31,853 bases of DNA from Candidatus Thorarchaeota archaeon SMTZ1-45. Its GTDB lineage: Archaea > Asgardarchaeota > Thorarchaeia > Thorarchaeales > Thorarchaeaceae. The stretch covers positions 1 through 31,853 of the forward strand of contig LRSL01000106.1 in the NCBI GenBank assembly GCA_001563335.1, in the 5' to 3' direction. The notes under the pieces were generated by a model, which saw nothing but the letters and a program-made list of their open reading frames with translations, did not search any database and was not told the origin of the DNA. This document shows, piece by piece, positions 1 to 9,358 of this stretch. A program made the position numbers and the translations under genes. Numbering within the stretch: position 1 is the first letter of the stretch; every line of letters starts with the position of its first letter.

Positions 1-2
1 TT

Positions 3-686
3 ACCGATGTGGCAGTTGCTTCCTATCGTACAATTGCATTCATTCCCGGAGTTGCAGCTAACGAGCGTTCAGGAGTTTGGTCTCAGAAATTTGAACCAAA
101 GAAATGGATTCCTAGATTCAGACTTCTACAAGCATGTGGTTTTGTGTTCTACATCATTTTGGCGGCTATGATGTTCTTCTTTCCACCAGTAGGTGAAGCG
201 GCTATTATGGTCACTGTGTATCTACCATTAACCTCAATCGTAATTATCGAGCTCCCAATGCAACATATATTACCTATTGTCATTCTCTTCTCTCTATTCA
301 CTGTAACAATGTTCTTTGGAGGTTTCGCTGAGATTTTAACACAAAGAGAACTATTGGATGCAATTCCTGATCGAAACAGAAACTCTCTCTACTCACTCCA
401 ACCTACAATCCTCTTGTTACTTTCGACTCCGCAGATTGCTATGTTTGGATGGTTGATACCACGTATCGGATTCCCTATGACTCTCTTGTTATGTGCCTGT
501 GTGTCACTTGTTGGTGTATTGATAATTAGGTACGCCCTCACACTTGAGAAACCTGTGATTGAAAGGAAAACTCCAGAGTCTGAGTCAGTTGAAGCAATTA
601 AAAAACATGCTAACGCTTCTGACGCAGAGATGACTCTTGAAGAGCTTACCGATGAAATTGAGCAAGTTGTTTTGAGCCCGGAGTGA
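3..686 (+). CDS. MFS-type membrane transporter, C-terminal part (5'-truncated by window edge)
   Basis: Frame is open from position 3; several hydrophobic helices; 'IPDRNRNSLYSL' resembles the MFS TM10-11 loop; acidic C-terminal tail. Confidence 0.65.
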   Translation, partial: TDVAVASYRTIAFIPGVAANERSGVWSQKFEPKKWIPRFRLLQACGFVFYIILAAMMFFFPPVGEAAIMVTVYLPLTSIVIIELPMQHILPIVILFSLFTVTMFFGGFAEILTQRELLDAIPDRNRNSLYSLQPTILLLLSTPQIAMFGWLIPRIGFPMTLLLCACVSLVGVLIIRYALTLEKPVIERKTPESESVEAIKKHANASDAEMTLEELTDEIEQVVLSPE

Positions 687-804
687 CAGAATAATTATCA
701 TTAAGAGAAGAAAATAGTCCATTCTACGAACGCTTTGATTATCGCAATATCTCTCAAGAGATTATTTAAGTCACGTAGGGAACAGACAGGGCAAATTCTA
801 GGAG

Positions 805-1152
805 ATGAACGACTTACCAACCAGCCAAGAATTGAAAGAATCTTTGAAGAAGATGGTTGGGAAGATTGAGCTACCAAAAAATAAGAAACGATTTGCTAAC
901 TACAACAAGACTCTCCAGTTTGAATTTACTGATGATGAAGATGCTGAATGTCATATTGTGTTTCATGAAGGAACAGCTAGTATAATTGACGGTCTTAGCG
1001 AAAATGCAGAGCTGTTGATTACAACATCCACTGAAACCATTATGGCCATCATTGATGGAACACTTAGTCCCACACGTGCATTCATGGCTGGCAAGATCAA
1101 AGCTCAGGGTCCTATGAATGATTTGATGAAGCTTCAAGCATTGATGAAATGA
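805..1152 (+). CDS. SCP2 sterol/lipid-binding domain protein
   Basis: 'AIIDGTLSPTRAFMAGKIKAQGPMNDLMKL' matches the SCP2 C-terminal signature (G.L.P..AFM.GKLK..G); GGAG just before ATG. Confidence 0.85.
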   Translation: MNDLPTSQELKESLKKMVGKIELPKNKKRFANYNKTLQFEFTDDEDAECHIVFHEGTASIIDGLSENAELLITTSTETIMAIIDGTLSPTRAFMAGKIKAQGPMNDLMKLQALMK

Positions 1153-1155
1153 AGG

Positions 1156-2220
1156 TTATTTTTCGTAGAAGTATTTACCCTTAGAGTAAATTATTTCATT
1201 ACCTGCAATGATTTCCCCATCATGCATTCTCTTAATCATGTCAACATGTATTGCACTGTCATTGACGCCATTGCATTCAGGAAAAGCCATGCCTAAGGCA
1301 CAGTGGACAGTATCACCAAGTTTCTCATCGAATAGAATATTCATCGTATAATGTTTGATACCACGATTTGTGCCTATAGCCATCTCACCAAGGCGGCGAG
1401 CCCCATCATCAATCTCAAGAATCTGTTTCAATGTTGATTCCTCCTTTTCTGCGGAGAAGTCAACAACCTCCCCTTTCTCGAATTTTAAGCGAACTCCTTC
1501 GATTACTTTACCTTGTTCAAGGAATGGAACATCAAAGTAGATTTTTCCTTCGACTGTATCCTCTACGGGAGCTGTGAACACCTCGCCATCTGGCATGTTG
1601 AACTTGCCATCTGCTGCTATCCAGATTCTACTTTCAGTTGATGCATAGAGATCGGTTTCTGGTCCACAGAACCGGATATCCTTGTGACTCTCGAGATGTT
1701 CTTTCATCATGTACAGATTTTTGCTCTCTTTCTCCCAGTCATGAAGACATGCATCATAGACGAAGTCACGATACTCTTCCAAGCTCATATTACCCTGTTG
1801 TGCAAGAGTTGCACTTGGATGAACAGTCAAAACCCATCTCTTTTTTGTAATAAGATCAAATATTGGTTTGGTAGTTTTTGCAGTTATCATTATCCTCTTA
1901 GGATCAACATTTGCCAAGGCTTTGGTGTTAACGGGGGATCTCAGGACAATGTAGACATCTGTTTTCTCCGCCATTGCCATAAGATGATCAGGAAAAACCT
2001 CCAGAGTTGCGTCATCTGCTCCATCATATTTAGCTCGATCAATTTCCTCGCTTATCATCATTGTAACTGAGCTACCGCCAGCTTTTGCAACCTGTCGTGC
2101 GACAGCGACAGCAAGTTCATGTGCATCTGGGTTGGCTTGAATGACAACCATGTCCCCTCTTTTTACCTCTGTACTATAATCAACAAGTATCTTTGCGTGT
2201 TCGACAATTCTAGAGTCCAA
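1156..2220 (-). CDS. M29 (AmpS/AmpT-like) metallo-aminopeptidase, copy 1
   Basis: Motifs NMPDGEVFTAP, LGEMAIG, LFDEK, HCALG, SAIHVD; TTG start preceded by AGGAGA. Confidence 0.92.
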   Translation of the reverse strand: MDSRIVEHAKILVDYSTEVKRGDMVVIQANPDAHELAVAVARQVAKAGGSSVTMMISEEIDRAKYDGADDATLEVFPDHLMAMAEKTDVYIVLRSPVNTKALANVDPKRIMITAKTTKPIFDLITKKRWVLTVHPSATLAQQGNMSLEEYRDFVYDACLHDWEKESKNLYMMKEHLESHKDIRFCGPETDLYASTESRIWIAADGKFNMPDGEVFTAPVEDTVEGKIYFDVPFLEQGKVIEGVRLKFEKGEVVDFSAEKEESTLKQILEIDDGARRLGEMAIGTNRGIKHYTMNILFDEKLGDTVHCALGMAFPECNGVNDSAIHVDMIKRMHDGEIIAGNEIIYSKGKYFYEK

Positions 2221-2243
2221 TGTAATAATCTCCTTTTTTTAGT

Positions 2244-3308
2244 CTACATCTCGTAGAAGTATCTGCCCTTGCTGTAGATCAATTCATCACCAGCGATTAT
2301 CTCTCCCTCGTGCATGGTCTTGATCATGTCAACGTGAACTGCAGACTCATTTGTTCCATTATTATCCTTGTAGGCGCGACCCAATGCACAATGAACAGTA
2401 TCTCCTATTTTTTCATCGAAGAGCATGTTTAGAGTGTATTGCCTGATACCTCGGTTAGTGCCGATAGCCATCTCCCCAAGTCGTCGAGACCCTTCATCAA
2501 CCTCAATAATTTCTTTCAGTGTTGCTTCAGCCTTTTCAGCAGAGAAATTCACAACTTCCCCCTTTTCGAATGTCAAGCGAACTCCCTCAATTACCTTACC
2601 CTGCTGCAAGAATGGTATATCAAAGTAGATTTTGCCTTCCACAGTATCCTCAACTGGAGCTGTGAAGACTTCACCACTAGGCATGTTATGTTTACCATCG
2701 GATGCTATCCATATTCTGCCTTCAGTTGATGCATATAGATCCGTTTCAGGACCTGTGAATCGAATATCCTTATGACGTTCAAGGTGGTCTTTCATTTTGT
2801 ATAAGAGTTTACTCTCCTCCTTCCAATCTAGAAGAGTGGCATCATACATGAAGTTCTGATACTCATCCATGCTCATGTCAGCTTGTTGCGCCAATGCATT
2901 TGTAGGATGAACTGTTAAGCACCATCTTTTCGAAAGATAGAGCTCCATCACTCTCTTCATAGCAATACTACGTTGAATCACTCGTTTTGGATCAACACTA
3001 GCCATTGCCTTCGTATTGCTTGGCGATCTAACTGCTATAACAACATCGACTTTCTCAAGAAGAGCCTCAAATTGTTTTGGCGCTATACTTATTGTTTCAT
3101 CGTCTGCGCCATCAAAGAAGGCTCTATCCATTTCCTCTGTACTCATCAGAGTAATGGGCACAGCCCCTTTTTCTGCGATTTTTTTATAGAGGGCAACTAC
3201 AAAGTCATGAGAATCTGGGGTGGCTCGTATTCCTACTAAGTCACCTTTCTTCACCTCAGTGCTCCATTCAACAACAATTCGAGCATGTTCTTCAATGCGT
3301 GGATCCAT
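2244..3308 (-). CDS. M29 (AmpS/AmpT-like) metallo-aminopeptidase, copy 2
   Basis: Motifs NMPSGEVFTAP, LGEMAIG, LFDEK, HCALGRAY, SAVHVD; colinear paralog of copy 1. Confidence 0.93.
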   Translation of the reverse strand: MDPRIEEHARIVVEWSTEVKKGDLVGIRATPDSHDFVVALYKKIAEKGAVPITLMSTEEMDRAFFDGADDETISIAPKQFEALLEKVDVVIAVRSPSNTKAMASVDPKRVIQRSIAMKRVMELYLSKRWCLTVHPTNALAQQADMSMDEYQNFMYDATLLDWKEESKLLYKMKDHLERHKDIRFTGPETDLYASTEGRIWIASDGKHNMPSGEVFTAPVEDTVEGKIYFDIPFLQQGKVIEGVRLTFEKGEVVNFSAEKAEATLKEIIEVDEGSRRLGEMAIGTNRGIRQYTLNMLFDEKIGDTVHCALGRAYKDNNGTNESAVHVDMIKTMHEGEIIAGDELIYSKGRYFYEM

Positions 3309-3490
3309 GTTGAATTTCCTCGGTTCATTCCGAAGTATCGCGTATCATATAGCTTCCGGATTGAGTGATTTTTGTGATGTTTCCTCGTTCTCTCAGAAAA
3401 ACTTCAGTTATCAAAATCTGGCTCAGATGTTTTTGTTGTATGAATAGATACTTAACTATTGATAAGATTATTATTTAATCCGGTGTTTCT

Positions 3491-4498
3491 TTGCAGCGAG
3501 AGAATGATAATGCTTTAGATGCTTCTGATATGATTCTTAAACTTCCGAAAGGAGAAACCGCTTCGATTGCATGGTCCCTATCAGAACCGGTTTTACTTAT
3601 CGGAATGAATGATGGTAGTGTAAGTTTAATCAAATCCGCAAGGGAGCTCAAGCTCGAAAAACCACATAACAAAGCTATCTCTGCTGTCCAGTGGAATCAT
3701 AATGGTGAGATGTTTGCCACAGCTGACCGAATTGGTTCGATAGTGCTTTGGACGAATCAGCGTATTACTTCAGTCTTGAAAGGTCATAAGAAAATTGTTT
3801 ATGATCTTTCCTGGAATCCCAAGTCTGATATTCTTGCCGCTTCATCAGGTGACAAAACAGGTTCCATCTGGGCTATGGAGGATAATATGACTGAGCTATC
3901 TGGTCACAAAGGCGCTGTAACTGTGATTGATTGGAACTCCTCGGGAACACATGTTGCTACTGGTTCTGCAGATAAAACGGTTAGAGTATGGACAACAGAA
4001 GGCAGACAAGAACAAGTACTTGAACATAAGGGAGCTCTAGCTTCTCTGATTTGGAATCCTATAGAAGATGAACTCCTCGCCACAGGTTCTTACGACAAAA
4101 CTGTCCAGCTCTGGAGAGCAGGAAAATCCACCTCTTTGATGAAGGGTCACAGAGACCGTGTTTTTGGACTTGACTGGAATAAAGATGGAAAACTATTGGC
4201 TTCATCTAGTGGTTTCAAAGATGGAGAAATCATAGTTTGGAACGATTCGGGTGAGAAAGTTGCAACCTTTGAAAATCACACGAGTAGCGTCTATCAGGTA
4301 AGTTGGAATCCAATTAGTGACATGTTAGCCTCAGCATCCTTTGATGGAACAGTAAGAATCTGGAGCATGGAAGGAGAACAAGCTGTTTTTAGACATCCCG
4401 GACCTGTATTTGCCGCTAAATGGAACAATAAAGGGAATCTCCTTGCAACAGCTGGCATGGGTATTGTTGCTATCTGGAATGTCACCAAATTCTCTTGA
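3491..4498 (+). CDS. WD40-repeat beta-propeller protein
   Basis: About 7 repeats of GH...V..L.WN....LA(T/S)(G/A)S.D.TV..W; start may be ATG at 3530. Confidence 0.93.
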   Translation: MQRENDNALDASDMILKLPKGETASIAWSLSEPVLLIGMNDGSVSLIKSARELKLEKPHNKAISAVQWNHNGEMFATADRIGSIVLWTNQRITSVLKGHKKIVYDLSWNPKSDILAASSGDKTGSIWAMEDNMTELSGHKGAVTVIDWNSSGTHVATGSADKTVRVWTTEGRQEQVLEHKGALASLIWNPIEDELLATGSYDKTVQLWRAGKSTSLMKGHRDRVFGLDWNKDGKLLASSSGFKDGEIIVWNDSGEKVATFENHTSSVYQVSWNPISDMLASASFDGTVRIWSMEGEQAVFRHPGPVFAAKWNNKGNLLATAGMGIVAIWNVTKFS

Positions 4499-4516
4499 TT
4501 CTGGTTCATTGGTTAA

Positions 4517-4921
4517 TTAGACTTCACGCTTCTCTGTCGCGTGAGTTGCACCACAATATGGGCATTTTACAGTTAATGGTCCAACCCATTCGATTCCCTC
4601 TGAACTCAATGTGGCTCCGCAGTCTGAACAGAAACGAGGTGGTTCATGGATGTATGTCTTCTCTTTTTGTTCGCTATCAGTGTGTGCTCCCATCATTCCA
4701 AACATCCCAAATCCACCTTTGGAGATACCATCCTTCATACCATATAGTATAATTCCGATCCCAACAAGGAAACTGATCATTGGAACAACCATTACATAGA
4801 ACAGTATTGTGCCAAAATTCATATCTTCCATCCAGAAAAACTGCATGAAGCCACCAAAGAAACCGCCTATCATGACTATCATGCCTATGATCATGCTTGC
4901 AATCCGTTTACCTGAGGACAT
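4517..4921 (-). CDS. Two-TM membrane protein with C-terminal zinc ribbon
   Basis: Two hydrophobic helices, then CSDC...CPYC cysteine pairs. Confidence 0.8.
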   Translation of the reverse strand: MSSGKRIASMIIGMIVMIGGFFGGFMQFFWMEDMNFGTILFYVMVVPMISFLVGIGIILYGMKDGISKGGFGMFGMMGAHTDSEQKEKTYIHEPPRFCSDCGATLSSEGIEWVGPLTVKCPYCGATHATEKREV

Positions 4922-5074
4922 TGCCCATCTCCATGTGCAACTTTCTCAATCTGGATATAGGTTTCACTATGACGGATACGGATCCTGCAATAATCCCACT
5001 TGTTTTTTCTTGAAAATGCCGCCTTAAGATATGTCACCTCATCGCGAGTATTTTAATACCGGCTGCAATTCGTA

Positions 5075-6364
5075 ATGACCACGATGGACATAGCAGGTTT
5101 CCTTATAGTTATCATTTTGATAGTCACCTTAGTGGTTGTCCTATCAGAGAGGATTAATGAAACCGCTACAGTTCTATTTGCGATGTCTCTTGCTGGAGCC
5201 ATCTTATGGTTTGCCTATGGATTTACATTCCGCGAGTTTGTTCTTCTAATGGAATGGGATACCATTCTCTTTGTCACTGCTATGCTAATTGTGGTAGCTA
5301 TAGCTGCATCATCAGGTATGTTTCAATACATCGCATTGGTTTTGTTGAAGGGGACTCAAGGCGAACCAAAGAAGATCTTTGTTACCTTCATGGGTTTTGT
5401 TTTTGTAATCTCACTATTCCTTGATCCACTACCGACGATGTTAGTAATGGGCGTGTTCACTGTTGAAGTATGTAAAGTAATCGACCTTGATTTTAGACCC
5501 ATTCTAATATCAGAAGTTATAGTGGCTAACTTTGCTTCAATACCTTCGTTTGTCGGGTCTATTCCGAATCTTGTTATCGCTGTTTGGGCAGAAACTGATG
5601 TCGCGCTCCTGGCAATCGTGTTATTCCCTTTGTCAATCATTCTATTCATTGTGACACTTTTTATTCTAATTAGATGGTATGGACCCGAACTAGACGCTGA
5701 GATCTGTTCGGATTGGAATCTACTCTATATGGTCAAGCCTAGTATTATGATAAAATCAAGACATGATTTCTACCTCTCGATAATAGCTATGAGCATCTTA
5801 GTGCTGGGTTTTACAATTGGTGCGTTGAGAGTTGAGGCATCACTAATTGCCATGATGGTTGCTTCTGCTATGCTGGTTTTTTCTCATGAACGCGCAGAAA
5901 AACTAGTTAGACAATTGTCATGGGGAACGATTTTCTTCCTTGTTGGGCTTTTTGGGCTAGTCGCCGCACTGGAAAGATCCGGTGTCATTGATGAGTTCGT
6001 TAGTGGTATTACTGGACTTATCGGAAATAACATTTTCCTAGGAATGAGTTTTCTTATTTGGATTCCTGGCTTTTTCCTGTCAGTTATTGATAATGTACCA
6101 ATTGCTGCATTACTAGCTCCACTTGGACAAAGTCTTGGTGCCACAAATGCTGTGGTGCCTTTGACCCTATTCATCGGAATCAATGTTGGTGGGTATATGA
6201 TACCATTTGGAGATGCACCAAACATGATTGCAGTTACACAAGCCAAAGAAGGAGGTCGTCCAATCAGTTTCCTTGAATTTACAAGAGTGGCGCTACCTAT
6301 AGGATTTATTCATCTGATTATCAGTACAATCTATTCCTTTCTAGTCGCATTAATGTTCGTGTAA
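5075..6364 (+). CDS. ArsB/NhaD/SLC13 (IT superfamily) ion/carboxylate permease
   Basis: About 12 TM helices; ANFAS...GSIPNLVI, IDNVP and NVGGY..PFGDAPN hairpin motifs; internal duplication (MEWDTILF / LSWGTIFF). Confidence 0.85.
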   Translation: MTTMDIAGFLIVIILIVTLVVVLSERINETATVLFAMSLAGAILWFAYGFTFREFVLLMEWDTILFVTAMLIVVAIAASSGMFQYIALVLLKGTQGEPKKIFVTFMGFVFVISLFLDPLPTMLVMGVFTVEVCKVIDLDFRPILISEVIVANFASIPSFVGSIPNLVIAVWAETDVALLAIVLFPLSIILFIVTLFILIRWYGPELDAEICSDWNLLYMVKPSIMIKSRHDFYLSIIAMSILVLGFTIGALRVEASLIAMMVASAMLVFSHERAEKLVRQLSWGTIFFLVGLFGLVAALERSGVIDEFVSGITGLIGNNIFLGMSFLIWIPGFFLSVIDNVPIAALLAPLGQSLGATNAVVPLTLFIGINVGGYMIPFGDAPNMIAVTQAKEGGRPISFLEFTRVALPIGFIHLIISTIYSFLVALMFV

Positions 6365-6424
6365 TTGTGGTTGAAGGAGAGAAATACGCATTAGATTACA
6401 TTCTTTTGGTACTTTTGTATTGGT

Positions 6425-6919
6425 TTGACTATGTTCGAAGTAATGACTGCTGCATTAAAGAACTCGATCAATGGACAACATATTCATGTTGATCCCATTG
6501 CAGCTCTGCAAAATCTAACTTATGAAATGGCATCAGAGATACCTGGGAATGGGGAGCATTCTTGCTGGCATATATTGTATCACATTGTGTTTTGGCAAGA
6601 TCTCATGCTCGAAGCACTGAGAGGAAAAGAGGATGTGAGTTGGCCCAAGAACAATGAACCAAGTTGGCCAAATGAATTGCCCCAAGACAACAAGAAATGG
6701 GATGAGCTTGTTCAAAGGTTCAAACTAGGCATTGAAGAGGCATATCAGTCTACAGAGAATATTGAATCCCTTGAGGATTTACCCTCTTGGCCTAAGGTCC
6801 CTGTTTTCAGAGCTTTGATGGTCCTTGGACAACACAATGCTTACCATATTGGTGAGATTGTAGCCACACGACAAGCTTTGGGTTTTTGGCCACCCTCGCC
6901 AGATCATAAAACCTTCTAA
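6425..6919 (+). CDS. DinB/YfiT superfamily protein
   Basis: HSCWHILYH..FWQ and HNAYHIGEI His-triad motifs; start may be ATG at 6431. Confidence 0.88.
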   Translation: MTMFEVMTAALKNSINGQHIHVDPIAALQNLTYEMASEIPGNGEHSCWHILYHIVFWQDLMLEALRGKEDVSWPKNNEPSWPNELPQDNKKWDELVQRFKLGIEEAYQSTENIESLEDLPSWPKVPVFRALMVLGQHNAYHIGEIVATRQALGFWPPSPDHKTF

Positions 6920-9306
6920 TTTGAGGAGCGTGTCACCCGAACTAGAACTGAATTGAACCCAGGTGTATGACCGAACGCAGTATGATGGTCCTTCGTTAAG
7001 AGATTGATGTTACCATCATCTTCCCACCATCCGTCTGATGACCAAACCACTCTAGGGTCAATATCTGAAGTCAAGATGAGTTTCATGTTCTTCACAATCC
7101 CTCTTTTGGATTCAACATCAACTCTATCCCCTTCCCTCAACCCATACTCCTCTGCTGTCTGAGGGTGCATTTGTAAGAATGCTCTATGCTTACCTTTTTC
7201 GTGCCTATTTGTCATCTTAATGGGTTCGGTAACTACATCATATGGACAAACATCTATAGCACACTCTCGACAACCAATACATTTCGTTACATCCCAAATT
7301 GGTACAAGGAGCCCTGTTATTTCTATAGGAATGTCGAGCATTTCGTCAGTCACATGAATCGCCAATCCTCCAACAAGCTCTCCAAGTTTCCTTCTGAGTA
7401 TTGCTTGGTCTTGAGGTGCATCTTTTGCATAGCGTTGAATAATATTGGTGCTAGGCTGTGTTAAGGCGATAGCCTCATCAGGACACTCTTCGACACATTT
7501 CTTGCAGGTTGTGCAATGTGCATAGCTTTTGACTGTACCTCCGACTTCCACTGTGGTATACTGGGAATGCAAACGCTCTCGCAATCGACCAGTTATCATA
7601 ATCAGGGGATAGTTTTCAAACACCTTGGGAGTTGAACGCGGACTCTCAAGGGGTTCTTCATGAAATGGAAGCGGGTCCAAACCTTGGTTTTCAAGCTCTG
7701 AGCAGTAGAGCTGAACCTTTCCAGTTCTTGTCTTGAATTTTCTGTCTGCAAACGGTATGCTTGGACTTTTAGTCCTCATACCTTCTGGTCTTTTTATCAA
7801 GTCCTCCAACAAAATGTTTTTGCAGTCCTCACTTTGGAGTGCCTGCCTAATCGCATCTAGTTCTGTAAGCTGGAAATACTCACTAATGCCTGCTCTTGCA
7901 GCAATACCCTTCCAGATATCCAGCTCACTTCTAGATTCGCCAAGAGGTTCAACAAGTTTTGGTGCATACTGCACAATTCTGTGCAATTCTGAGTGCACAA
8001 GATTATGGTGCTCGAAAATAAAGGTGGCAGGAAGGACGATGTCACAAAGTCGTGCTGTATCAGTCATCTCAAGATCGATGCACACTTTGAAAGGTATCTT
8101 TTCCAATGCTTCTTTTACCTTCTTTGTATTTGGCCACTGAGTCATTGGGCTTGCTGCTTGAATTACAAAGACCTTGAAAGGACTTTCATCGTGACGCAGT
8201 ATGTAATCCGGCACATATGTTCCGGAAGGAACAGCAGGCTTCATTGAAGGGTCAAGAAGCTCAGGAAGTGCTACAGCTGCTCCGTTGAATGGACTATTAT
8301 CTGAGGAAAGATACTGAAACCCCCCTCCAGAAACTCCCAAGTATCCGCAAATTGCTAATAGACTATGAACAGCTCTGGCTGCCCAAGTTCCATTGGTGTA
8401 GTGATTCATTCCTGCAGGAGCTGTTGTGATTAAAGCTGGTCCATGGGTTGCTATGACAGTAGCTAATTCTCTAATAGTGCTCTCCTTAACCCAGGTGATT
8501 TCACTTACTCTCTTGGTATCGTACTCAGATACTCGTGCAGTATACTCTGCAAACCCGTGAACATGTTTCTTCACAAACTCATGGTCATAGAGACCTCTCC
8601 TGATGATCTCATTTGATATTCCTAGAGCTAGAGCACCATCAGTTCCTGGTCGTATGGTTGTATAAAGATCCGCGGCCTTTGCATAGGGTGTTTTTCTTGG
8701 GTCGATGACAATCAACTTGGCACCATTGTCAATAGCTTCTTGGATGACTCTTTTGCAATGAATGCTTGACTCAAACTTGTTAGTTCCCCAGATGATAATA
8801 CACTTTGAGTTCGCCCAGTCTTGGAGCTCATGTGGAGGAAATGGTCCTACGTTAAATCTAGCTCCCTCATATGCACCTTCAAAACATATCTCTGTGATTC
8901 CAGGAATCATTCTGCATCCAAACGCATTTGAAAACCTGGCGGCATAGCGAGGTGCCATTCCATCATTACCTGAACCTGAATAGATTCCAACACTTTGTGG
9001 TCCATACTGTTTTCTTGCTTCTCTCATGTGTTGGGCAATTTCATCAAAAGCCTCCTCCCACGGGATTTTGATGAATGTTCCATCAGGTTGTTTTCTTTGT
9101 GGATAGAGTAATCTATCATCATAATACATTCTCAAAACGTGTGCGTATCCTTTTGGACAACATCTTCCTAAAGTATAGGGATGGTTTGGGTCTCCCTCTA
9201 TCCTTGTTATCCTTCCATCCTCAATATGTACTATGTAAGCACAAATGTCTGGACAGTTCAACGCACAGGCTGAATATTGCTTCTCTTTTGCCATTAGCAG
9301 ACTCAT
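6916..9306 (-). CDS. Mo/W-bisPGD (DMSO reductase family) oxidoreductase with inserted 2x[4Fe-4S] ferredoxin domain
   Basis: N-terminal CALNCPDIC...CCPKG Fe-S motif; VIDPRKT, IRPGTDGALALG, TDTARLCDIVLPA, YPLIMITGR...LHSQ, MHPQTAEEYGLREGDRV..ESKRG; two extra CxxCxxCx3-4CP motifs. Confidence 0.92.
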   Translation of the reverse strand: MSLLMAKEKQYSACALNCPDICAYIVHIEDGRITRIEGDPNHPYTLGRCCPKGYAHVLRMYYDDRLLYPQRKQPDGTFIKIPWEEAFDEIAQHMREARKQYGPQSVGIYSGSGNDGMAPRYAARFSNAFGCRMIPGITEICFEGAYEGARFNVGPFPPHELQDWANSKCIIIWGTNKFESSIHCKRVIQEAIDNGAKLIVIDPRKTPYAKAADLYTTIRPGTDGALALGISNEIIRRGLYDHEFVKKHVHGFAEYTARVSEYDTKRVSEITWVKESTIRELATVIATHGPALITTAPAGMNHYTNGTWAARAVHSLLAICGYLGVSGGGFQYLSSDNSPFNGAAVALPELLDPSMKPAVPSGTYVPDYILRHDESPFKVFVIQAASPMTQWPNTKKVKEALEKIPFKVCIDLEMTDTARLCDIVLPATFIFEHHNLVHSELHRIVQYAPKLVEPLGESRSELDIWKGIAARAGISEYFQLTELDAIRQALQSEDCKNILLEDLIKRPEGMRTKSPSIPFADRKFKTRTGKVQLYCSELENQGLDPLPFHEEPLESPRSTPKVFENYPLIMITGRLRERLHSQYTTVEVGGTVKSYAHCTTCKKCVEECPDEAIALTQPSTNIIQRYAKDAPQDQAILRRKLGELVGGLAIHVTDEMLDIPIEITGLLVPIWDVTKCIGCRECAIDVCPYDVVTEPIKMTNRHEKGKHRAFLQMHPQTAEEYGLREGDRVDVESKRGIVKNMKLILTSDIDPRVVWSSDGWWEDDGNINLLTKDHHTAFGHTPGFNSVLVRVTRSSN

Positions 9307-9358
9307 CGTGATTATCTGACATTAACATTTCTGATTCTTTTAACGTAATATTTATTAG

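Noticed and set aside
749-762. ATCTCT-CA-AGAGAT inverted repeat upstream of the SCP2 gene
   Set aside because: Six-bp arms in AT-rich DNA with no second copy seen; could be chance
1355-2628. Similar plus-strand ORFs 1355-1540 and 2425-2628 (IPR.VPIAISP.RR.PSS)
   Set aside because: Antisense shadows of the conserved C-termini of the duplicated aminopeptidases
6916-9306. Possible selenocysteine or pyrrolysine recoding in the Mo enzyme or elsewhere
   Set aside because: The ORF is uninterrupted with a Cys at the probable ligand site; the TGA/TAG-terminated genes examined end at normal family lengths; no SECIS recognised
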